A stretch of 64,000 bases of DNA. Origin: Octopus sinensis. Lineage: Eukaryota. The DNA is taken from assembly GCF_006345805.1 (NCBI RefSeq), contig NC_043001.1:103850001-103914000 (forward strand). Direction: 5' to 3'. The translations under genes were made by a program, and so were the position numbers. The notes beneath the pieces are model-generated. The model had not been told where the DNA came from. It saw only the letters and a list, made by a program, of their open reading frames with translations, and made no database searches. Shown here piece after piece: positions 54,408 to 64,000 of the stretch; position 1 is the first letter of the stretch, and the number at the start of each line of letters is the position of its first letter.

Positions 54408-55006
54408 CACACACAGACGACAGCGTAAAGCTCTCTGTAAACACAATTTCCTTCAAGCCGTGAAAGAACCGTCCGCTTTCGCGCCCAGCGATGCTGCCAG
54501 GTGATGCCAGGAATTCTGAGGTGAAATAAAACGAAGCAGATATACTGTGCGCTTCGATGCGAAAATAACAACTGCTTGGATGATGTATTTTGATGTAGTA
54601 AAGGGGAAAGTGTTTGTGAATGGGATAGATATGAAGAGAGTGAGGTTATGGGAGAGAAAAAAAAAAGGATGGGGATAGAACAACGGACGGAATGTTGATC
54701 AAATGCCAACATAAACACACATCTGCCACCGCCACCGTCAACATTCGTCCATTGCTATTGTTTGCTACCAAACTACGAATACGAATAGAACCGCCAACGC
54801 CAAAGCATTGGGCGTCGATGCGGTCGGGAGGTGAGAGTGAGTGTCGTAGCTGTGGTCATCATCATCATCATTATCATAGTCATCATCATCACCGTCATCA
54901 TCGTCGTGTCATTGCAAAACCATTGCCGCTAGTACTGTGTGTGCGTGTGTATGTATATGCAAATATATATGTGTATGTGTCTACATATACACACACACAC
55001 ACACAC

Positions 55007-55076
<70 letters not shown>

Positions 55077-55084
55077 ATATATAC

Positions 55085-57548
55085 CTCTTTCATGGAGCAA
55101 ATAGTTCTGCAACCAACAAGGGCAGATAATATACTGGATCTCTGCTTCACAAACAATATGGATATTATCCATAATGTTAATGTGATGCCGACAATGATCT
55201 AGGATCACAACATAATAGAGCTGTCTATGTATGGAACAAAAGCCCCCGTAGACACACAGCCTATACGAAGCATCCACCATCTCTCCAACTTAAACTTTTA
55301 TAAAGCCAACTGGAAGTTGATTGAGAAAGTGATCCTCAAACAGGATTGGCCTGAATGTCTCTCCACACCGGACATAAACATGAAACACAAACACTTCATG
55401 TCCATAATACAAGCCATATGTGACAAATATGTCCCAGTGTGCAGGGCCAGTACACACAAGAACAAAAACAGGATCCCTAGAGAAAGGAGGATTCTTATGA
55501 GACGACGGACAAGGATTGCGAACGGCCTGAGCAAGCACACCAAAAGTGATGAGAAGTCTCGGCTCGAAAGAATGCTAATGGAAACTGAGAAAAGTCTGCA
55601 TCAGTCCCATGAAAAGGAGAGAGCAGATAAAGAAGCTTGGGTAATAGAAAATATAAAATCAAACCCTAAAGCTTTCTTTAAGTTTGCCAAAGAGACAGCC
55701 ACAGTGCACCAGAGAATAGGACCTCTCTTCCAAAAAGATGGCTCTCTCACAGGAAATCCCACGAGGATAAGTGAAATACTGAACGAACAGTTCCAAAGTG
55801 TGTTCACTACACCTCTAGGACACAGGCAAGTAAACAACCCAGGAGAATTCTTTGCCACTTTACCTGCGGCCAAAGAGGCAAAAATTGAGTACATCAACAT
55901 CGAAGATGATGATATCACACTAGCCATAGATGAGATTGACACAAACTCAGCTGCTGGACCTGATGGATTCCCAGCGATCCTTCTAAAATCTTGCAAACGA
56001 GCCCTTGCAAAACCGCTACAGCTTCTTTTTCAGAGCTTTCTTGCAAGTGGTAAGCTCCCAGTCAAATTGAAAGAGGGGGTAATATGCCCTATCCATAAGG
56101 GAGGTAGCAGAGCAGATGCTAAATATTATAGGCCTATCTCTCTGACCTCACACATCAGCAAAGTCATGGAACGAATAGTCTGTAAGAAACTAATCATGTT
56201 CCTTGAAGAAAATGACTTGCTGTCTGACACCCAGCATGGATTTCGACCAGGTAGAGGCTGCCTAACACAGCTCCTGCAACACTATGACTGGGTGTTGAAA
56301 CAGCTACTAAATGGCTCAAGTGTGGATGTAATATATCTCGACTTTGCAAAAGCCTTTGATAAGGTCGACCATGGTATGATCTGTCACAAACTGCGTGGTC
56401 TCGGCATAGGCGGAAAACTTGGAGAGTGGCTGCACAACTTCCTAAAAGACAGAAAACAGGCAGTTATGAGCAATGGAGCCACCTCCAAGGAAACGCAAAC
56501 AACAAGCCGTGTCCCACAGGACACTGTCTTGGGGCCACTGATGTTCATAGTGGCCCTTTCAGACATGCCTTCATTTGCTACGATGACCACCCTTGCTAGC
56601 TATGCAGATGACACAAAAGTCTCCCACGCAATACAAAACCCTGAAAATATTGCGCATCCGCAACAGGAGTTGGACACAATATACAGGTGGGCTGAGGACA
56701 ACAACATGCAGTTTAATGCAGGTAAGTTCCAGGCCCTGCGCTACTGGCACACAAAGGTAAACGACGTGCAGACTGGATACACTGGCCCAGGAAGAATTGC
56801 AATCCCTGAGTCAAAATCAGTGCATGACCTGGGCATTGACATGAGCAATGATGCATCTTTCCAAGTGCATATTGCTAATCTGGTGATAAAATGCAGACGG
56901 CTAGCTGGATGGATTCTCCGAACTTTCAGAACAAGAGAGATGGAGACACTGATGGTCCTATGGAAAACTTTCGTCCTCAGCCGCTTGGACTACTGCTCCC
57001 AACTCTGGTCACCACACAATATAAAACTAAAAGCAGAACTCAAAGCAATTCAGAGAAGCTACACAAAGAAAATCGTCTCAATGCAAAATATCAGCTACTG
57101 GGGAAGACTGAAGGTATTAAACCTTTTCTCCCTAGAGCGGAGGCGGGAGAGATATGCGGTGATATACATCTGGAAAATCCTGGAGGGTCTTTCCCAAACT
57201 TTGGCATTCAAAGTTACCCCAACCGCAGAACGGGGCGCCACTGCATGGTGCCAAGGATTCCAACATCACCATCAAAATACAGGTCCAGATACTGCAACAG
57301 ATACTGAGAGACTTACATGGTGTGGATGTGGGTTTCTTTAAAACTAAACTGGATCTCTTCTTGTCGGGAGTCCCAGATGAATCTACCTCACGACAGGAGA
57401 CGCGGATGCGGGCAGCAGCATCGAACTCCCTTGTTGATCAAGTGCCACGTATCAGAGGTGGATTCACAATTTAGTGTAGCTCATTCAGCGGTGGTGCCCC
57501 TGCATGGCCGCGGCCTTCGGGCTAAAACATTTTAAAGGAATTTTAAGG

Positions 57549-57550
<2 letters not shown>
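55085..57550 (+). mobile_element. CR1/L2-like LINE, 5'-truncated, relatively young
   Basis: Endonuclease end PTRADNILDLCFTN, long RT ORF, 3' UTR ending gctaaaacattttaaaggaattttaaggatt. Confidence 0.93.
55227..57341 (+). CDS. LINE ORF2 reverse transcriptase (704 aa, partial)
   Basis: YRPISLTSHISKVMER, QHGFRPGRGCLTQL, YLDFAKAFDKVDH, YADD; PQG motif reads PQD; C-terminus frameshifted or deleted. Confidence 0.85.
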   Translation: MYGTKAPVDTQPIRSIHHLSNLNFYKANWKLIEKVILKQDWPECLSTPDINMKHKHFMSIIQAICDKYVPVCRASTHKNKNRIPRERRILMRRRTRIANGLSKHTKSDEKSRLERMLMETEKSLHQSHEKERADKEAWVIENIKSNPKAFFKFAKETATVHQRIGPLFQKDGSLTGNPTRISEILNEQFQSVFTTPLGHRQVNNPGEFFATLPAAKEAKIEYINIEDDDITLAIDEIDTNSAAGPDGFPAILLKSCKRALAKPLQLLFQSFLASGKLPVKLKEGVICPIHKGGSRADAKYYRPISLTSHISKVMERIVCKKLIMFLEENDLLSDTQHGFRPGRGCLTQLLQHYDWVLKQLLNGSSVDVIYLDFAKAFDKVDHGMICHKLRGLGIGGKLGEWLHNFLKDRKQAVMSNGATSKETQTTSRVPQDTVLGPLMFIVALSDMPSFATMTTLASYADDTKVSHAIQNPENIAHPQQELDTIYRWAEDNNMQFNAGKFQALRYWHTKVNDVQTGYTGPGRIAIPESKSVHDLGIDMSNDASFQVHIANLVIKCRRLAGWILRTFRTREMETLMVLWKTFVLSRLDYCSQLWSPHNIKLKAELKAIQRSYTKKIVSMQNISYWGRLKVLNLFSLERRRERYAVIYIWKILEGLSQTLAFKVTPTAERGATAWCQGFQHHHQNTGPDTATDTERLTWCGCGFL

Positions 57551-57585
<35 letters not shown>

Positions 57586-58404
57586 TACTTAGAAGCCAGT
57601 CTGAGAGGATGTGGACGTGTTCTGTGCAGTGAAACTTTAAATCACAGTCAGCCTTTTGTTTAACACTCAAATTTGCAACTAAAAGTGTATACGCACTCAG
57701 ACAAACACACACACACACACACACACACATGCATAACCGCACACATACGAGTATATGTGTTTATATGTAGGTGTGTATAGGTTTGTGCGTATGTACGAAT
57801 GCGTATGGCTATGTATGTATGCTACTATGATATTTTATTGTAGCTGAAAACCTTCAGAAGAGAGAAGTGAACTTTTAGAACAATAGAATGGTTTTATAAA
57901 CGGTGCCATGATTGTTATTTGGCAAATAATCAAATAAACATTTAAAGTTGATTGGACAGGGGGTTATGACATTTCCAAATTAATGGACTCGGTTAGATAA
58001 TACAATTAATCGCTGACGAATATAGTACAAGCAGCAAAAACGAGTAAAACTTGAATAAAACGAATCGATGGCACTGGTGGTGATATGAGTCGCAGAAAAG
58101 AAAAAATTCCAGACAAGAATTGTTTACGAATTGAAGAAAACGTGGACGAAATAAGTCGAATATAGAAATAAGTTTTTAGATAGGAAAGAAGAAGGGGAAG
58201 TGAAAATGGGAAATGCATAAATATATTTGGATGGGATTAAATGGAGGGAATGTTTAAGAAAATTAAAAGATCGGAAAGGGTAAAGGCTTCAAACGAATAT
58301 AGTTAAACAGTAATACAAGTGGGGCGGAGATAGCTTCAGTTCGTCACTGCAATTAAACTACATCGATAAGTAGTATCAGTTTGAACTAATATATATATAT
58401 ATAA

Positions 58405-60360
58405 AACTTAGATAAAACTTAGATATGTTTCGACCAGAGATTGGTCCAGGCCATGTCTAACTTAATAGCACCACCTGATAGGATTATTCGAATCCTGTTT
58501 AAGTCCTTTTGTTTCAAGTAGTGAGTTCTTGTTGGGTGAGTTGTATCCAGTTTTGTTCAAGTAGTGAGTTCTTGTTGGGTGAGTTGTATCCAATTATGGG
58601 TGGCTTGTCTGGTATTCTTTGAAGGAATCTATCCAGACTCTGTTTAAGTTGATGGGATCCTTTTCCTCTTTGATCTCCCTCGGGACAATGTTAAATAGGG
58701 CAGGCCTGTTGAGGAAAAGAAATTATGTTTGTGTGTACATGTATGTTGTGATCTTGAATTTGGCAGGGGACGTATAGCCCGTGGTCCAAGTCTCGGATGA
58801 ACCTTGAAGCTAATGTTTAGGTCGTTTGGGCAAAGTTGGCGGTATATTTTCCACATCGTACAAATGATGTACCGCTCACGGCGACGCTGGAGGGAGTAAA
58901 GTTTCAAGGCTTTAAGGCGATCCCAATAGTCGAGAGCAGCCATGCCTTCAATTTGTTTAGTGAGAGCCCTCTGGGGTGACTCAATTCTGGAGATGTTTTG
59001 TCTTGTGTGAGGAGACCACAGTGGGCAGCAGTATTCAAGGTGTGGCCGTACAAAGGATGAAAAAAGTGGTATGATGACACCTTGTTCTCTGGACCGGAAA
59101 GTTCTTAAGATCCAGGAACTCATCCTACGAGCTGTATCGACCTTCTTGTTGATGTGTGCACTCCAACTGAGATCGTCATCAACATTACACCCAGGTCTCT
59201 GATATTGTTAGAGGCTGTGAGCGGTTCCCCTGAAGGAAGAGAGTATGGTTGTTTTAGTGAGGAATTTCTTCCAAATGCATCAGCTCAAATTTTCCCTCAT
59301 TCAGTTGCATTTTGTTTCTGTCTCCCATTGACTCACAGCATATGGTCAGACTGGAGTTGAGTTCGGTCTGCTTCTTCATTGACGATTTGCTGGAGCTTAG
59401 TGTCATCAGCGAATATTTTCACTTTGCAGTGATGTACGACACTGGAAAGGTCGTTTACATAAATTATGAAGAGTAGTGGACCCAAACAGTTCCCTGGGGA
59501 ACACCGCTGGTGACTTTTGCTGGGTTTGAGTGGACTCCATCAACTACAACATGTTGTGTTCTATTCGCTAGGAAACTGAATCCAGTGTAGAACTTTTCCA
59601 CGGATTCCAACATTTGCCAATTTTGAGAGTAGGATGTTATGGTCTACCCTGTCGAACGCCTTACTGAAGTCAAGGTATATGACGTCAGAGTTCGAACCTG
59701 TTCCCAAGGCTTTGAGTACATCTTCAATGTGGTGTAAGAGCTGTGTTAGACAGTCCCTGCCACAGCGAAAGCCATGTTGATTTGAATTTAGGAGTTTTGG
59801 GGTCTCCAGGAAGTCAGCTATCCTTGATCTTAACACTCTTTCAAACACTTTAATGATGTGGGAGGTGAGTGAGATTGGGCGATAGTTGACTGCGAGGGAT
59901 CTGTTTCCCTGTTTGAAAACCGGGATGACCGACTGGGATAGAAACTTTTTCGGTATATAACCTGCGTCTAACGAGTTTCTCCAGAGGTTGGTCAGAGGGA
60001 CTGCAAGTTGATGTCTACATTCCTTCAGGAGACTGGCGGGAAATCTATCAGGGCCTACAGCGGAGTAATGTTTGACCTCATTTATTGCTGCTACGATGTC
60101 GGTGGCAGTGAAGGTTATGTCTGCGATTTTGTGTTGGGAGTCAGCTTCGTTCGTTTCCCTCACATCAATATCAGTGGGAACACTGAAGACAGAGCAATAT
60201 TGTTTCTGCAGTATTTCTGCCATTTCTTTAGCATCGTGTTGGGGAATGCCGTTTTCATCAATCAATGGCTCAATAGGTGAGACAGTGGTTCTATGCTTAT
60301 TTGCATAAAATAGAACACTTTTGGGTTCTGTTTGATGTTTTTGATTACCCATTGTTCCTA
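58405..60360 (-). mobile_element. CR1/L2-like LINE, 5'-truncated, frameshifted
   Basis: YRPISLTSHIIKVFER, YLDFSKAFDRVDH, IFADD (~59402-59416), RPHLEYCCPLWSP; tail (AAAACTTAGAT)x2; ~43-bp tandem duplication at ~58507-58592; 3' UTR related to 51712-52665. Confidence 0.92.
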
Positions 60361-60416
60361 CACACACACACACACACACACATACACACATTATATAATA
60401 TATATAATATATATAT

Positions 60417-60460
<44 letters not shown>

Positions 60461-60574
60461 GTGTGTGGGTGTGGTGTAATTATTATTATGTATGTATGTA
60501 TGGATGGATGGATGGATGTATGGATAAATAGATTGATAGATAGATTATATGGATGTCCATAAGTGCTTATATAA

Positions 60575-60647
<73 letters not shown>

Positions 60648-60904
60648 AAGTTAAGGTAGAAAATGCTAAAATAAGTTTATAAAAAATCATTTTAGTACCG
60701 GTTTCGGTCATTGAAACTTTTTCAACTCTCACTATGGAAAAAAAAAAATTGGAAAAATTAAAAGAAAAGTTTTTTAAAAGAATATTTGCATTTTCCTTGT
60801 TTCTGCCTTGCTTCTGCCTCTTTTTTATTCTTGTGGGTTCGAGGTTGTTGTGAATTCTTGGCAGAGAAGAAGAAAACAATGCGGGAGTGGTATGATAGTA
60901 TTTT

Positions 60905-61260
60905 TTTTATTCTCTCTTTTATTTGTTTCAGTCATTTAACTGCGGCCATGCTGGGGCACCACCTTTAGTAGAGCAAATCGACCCCAGGGTTTATTCTTTG
61001 TAAGACTACTGCTTATTCTATCAGACTATTGTACCGAACCGCTAAGTTACGTGGACGTAAACACACTAGCATCGATTGTCAGGCGATGCTGGGGGAACAA
61101 ACACAGACACACAAACACATAGGTAGGTATATATATAATATATATACATATATATATATACGCCGGACTTCTTTCATTATCCGTCTACCAAATCCACTCA
61201 CAAGGCTTTGGACGGCCCGAGAGGCAATAGCAGAAGACACTTGCCCAAGTTGCCACGTTG
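60905..61260 (-). mobile_element. SINE family A, head-truncated
   Basis: Reverse-complement match to 61647-62050. Confidence 0.85.
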
Positions 61261-61646
61261 TCAATTCAAAAATAAATATTTATTAACATGGCGGTGCCCC
61301 AGCATGGCCACAGCTCGTGAGCTGAAACTAGAATCAATCAATAATATTCTATTCGTAAGTAATATAATATGATATAATACTTATTATTTATTATGTTATA
61401 TTATTATAAGAATATAATATAATATTACGTTGATAAATTCTTATTTTCTAATTGACAATTTTGTATCTCCATTTTCTACTCATTTTTATAAATTTAATAT
61501 ATACCTATTATCCAATAGAACATTCAATATATATGTGTGCACTTTCATTGGACATTAATAAATCAAAATAAAGATCCAGATAATACAGCATTAAAACACA
61601 CTAGTATATGAACATGTATATATTTAATATTTTAAAATACGCAAAT

Positions 61647-62050
61647 AGTGGCCTGTGTGGTAAGTAGCTTGCTAACCAGCCACATGGTTCCGGGTTCAGT
61701 CCCACTGCGTGGCACCCTGGGCAAGTGTCTTCTGCTATAGCCCCGGGCTGACCAATGCCTTGTGAGTGGATTTGATAGACGGAAACTGAAAGAAGCCTGT
61801 CGTATATATGTATATATATATATGTATGTGTGTGTGTGTGTGTGTGTATCTGTGTTTGTCCCCCTAGCATTGCTTGACAACCGATGCTGGTGTGTTTATG
61901 TCCCCCGTCACTTAGCAGTTCGGCAAAAGAGACCGATAGAATAAGTACTGGGCTTACAAAGAATAAGTCCCGGGGTCGATTTGATCGACTAAAGGCGGTG
62001 CTCCAGCATGGCCGCAGTCAAATGACTGAAACAAGTAAAAGAGTAAAAAA
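61647..62050 (+). mobile_element. SINE family A, full length
   Basis: Close match to 19293-19690. Confidence 0.9.
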
Positions 62051-62369
62051 AGAGAGAGAGAATTTTAAAATATTTTTTTAAATATTTAAAAATACGTTGG
62101 TATTATAAATATATAAATACATTAATAGATATACAAATAAATATAATTCAATCCTTACCAACATAAAATACTATCTACTAATATTTACTTCATTGATTAT
62201 AATATTATTTTTAATTATATTTTAAATTTCCAATTACAGATTTTAGATTTTAGATTTAAAAAATTTACATTATCATCTTTATCCTTACTTCAAATTGATA
62301 TTATGACTTTTTATTATTTTTACTCTTATTCTTATCCTTATATTTATTTTGGTTTTTAAATTTCTTCAA

Positions 62370-62750
62370 AAATGTCGAGTGTATCTTATGTGTGCAAGCC
62401 GGAATTCCATCAGTAAATTTATTTAGCATGGCATGATTGTATAATAAAGTATGCCTCCCTGGTGCATAATCTACATCTAGTGGATCCGATTCCAAAGGGA
62501 GGGGTATGAGCCGGGATGGACCAAGATAATTTGAATTCTATACTCACTTCCCAAAGGTCGTTTATAGACGATGCTAATGCGGTGGATGTCCTTTATTTTG
62601 GATTCTTAAAAGAACTAAGGTGGCTCCTGTACCTTTGCTTCAAGTCTATCATGCTCCCGATATTGGTTCGTCTTTGGCCATTATGGATTTGTACGCTACA
62701 TTGTGCCTTACAATGTAACACACTCACCGGTAAAACTTTTTCAATAGTCT
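62370..62750 (-). mobile_element. Penelope-like GIY-YIG endonuclease remnant
   Basis: NIGSMIDLKQRYRSHLSSFKNPK*RTSTALAS...KLSWSI...GSTRCRLCTREAYFI...LNK..ACTHK. Confidence 0.75.
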
Positions 62751-63215
62751 TGGCTATTGAAAAGGTTGCAAGACGCAACGAAAATTTTAGGAAAATAAAA
62801 ATAAGAAACAAGTGGAATTTTTACCGGTAAAATATACAGCGAGAAATTTTCTCCATTACAAAATAGAGTGAATGACGTTGTTACGGTTTCGAATATATCT
62901 CAAGCATATTTGAACTGGTAACAAGTTTGTATTGAGAATTATTAGAAATTCTAAACTTAATGCAGAAACGATATATATTCAATGCAAACCGTCTATCGGA
63001 CCATCAGCATAAAGCATCATTCCTGCATAGCTCTGAAGGTGTCACTTGAAAACCCGGAAGGGTTTATACAACCCCACGCCAGTTCCTGGTTTAGCTGCAT
63101 AACCCTGGTAATATAATGTAAAGCTTAAATGCCTGAACAGTCAACTATTTATTCAAACTAGATAGATATATTTCTATGCTGTGTACATAGCAAGAAGAGA
63201 AACTATTTCACACCT

Positions 63216-63252
<37 letters not shown>

Positions 63253-64000
63253 CACACATGCACACACACACATGCACACATGCATAGCAAGTGTAGAGAG
63301 AAGCGACAGTGTAAGGGTTATCCGATCTCTCAGTGCTTCTAGATGCAACTATTGATGAATAGAAAATTATTATTTTTAGATGCAACTATTGATGAAAAAC
63401 GAATTAATATAGATGATAGAGAGAGAATTATGATAGATACAGAGAATTATATATGTGCTTTTGATATATTTGCTGGAAATATTGGCACAGATTGTTGTTA
63501 TAAATGTATTATAATCACCGAAGCCTAAAGAAATCGAGATATATTGGACACATACTGTTAAATCTCCAACTGTTGTTGTACAACTACACTTCCTACACAC
63601 TGATCGCTACTAATGTATATACATTGTTTATGTGTGTTACATGACTGTGTCTCGATTTGTGTTGTTAGTATGTATCCTAAATATATCTCCAGTCGTGTGT
63701 GAAAGACACTTTTGGCATTACTCGTCCTTAAATATGCATTTCAATAATTCCGTAGAGCTATTTAAATATTCTCCGTGCATGTGTATAGAAAATCAGTGGC
63801 CAGGAATTAACTACAACAGAGAGTTGAAATGCTTTCCTCCCTCCGTTTGTTTGCAATTGTATGGCTGTCTTCTTTACCCTCTTAACCCCGACATATTATT
63901 CATGTTAATTTGGTGATTGGCATTCCCAACTATCAATAACTCTAATGTGTTTACACTTTTATTATGTCAGAATGTTAGCTTAGAAGCTTTAACATCTCAA

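Noticed and set aside
54453-54520. Minus-strand acceptor followed by NSWHHLAASLG, faintly death-domain-like
   Set aside because: Stop after 20 codons; similarity too short
62516-62830. 104-aa plus-strand ORF and a minus-strand GTGAGT donor
   Set aside because: Explained as the antisense or interior of a Penelope GIY-YIG remnant

Overview
AT-rich eukaryotic (animal) non-genic DNA packed with microsatellites and transposable elements. The SINE, LINE and Penelope repertoire resembles what I recall from octopus (coleoid cephalopod) genomes; this is an inference, not a database hit. I found no convincing host protein-coding gene. Nearly all ORFs in the track are translations of simple repeats or fragments of TE proteins. 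Supported TEs: three CR1/L2-like LINEs (one with a 704-aa RT ORF), two Tx1/L1-like LINE loci, two Dong/R4-type RLE LINE loci, two Penelope-like elements (RT and/or GIY-YIG), a ~6 kb decayed Helitron with an OTU-like domain, non-autonomous Helitrons, mariner, Tigger and piggyBac pieces, fold-back MITEs and many tRNA-derived SINEs. The most notable signals are (1) several unrelated minimal type I hammerhead-ribozyme-like motifs, the best in a young ~364-nt unit arranged inverted plus tandem at 53446-54226 (retrozyme or Penelope pLTR-like), and (2) apparent partitioning of microsatellite types as insertion sites among LINE clades. All alignments, folds and translations outside the ORF track were done by eye; boundaries are approximate unless termini are quoted.
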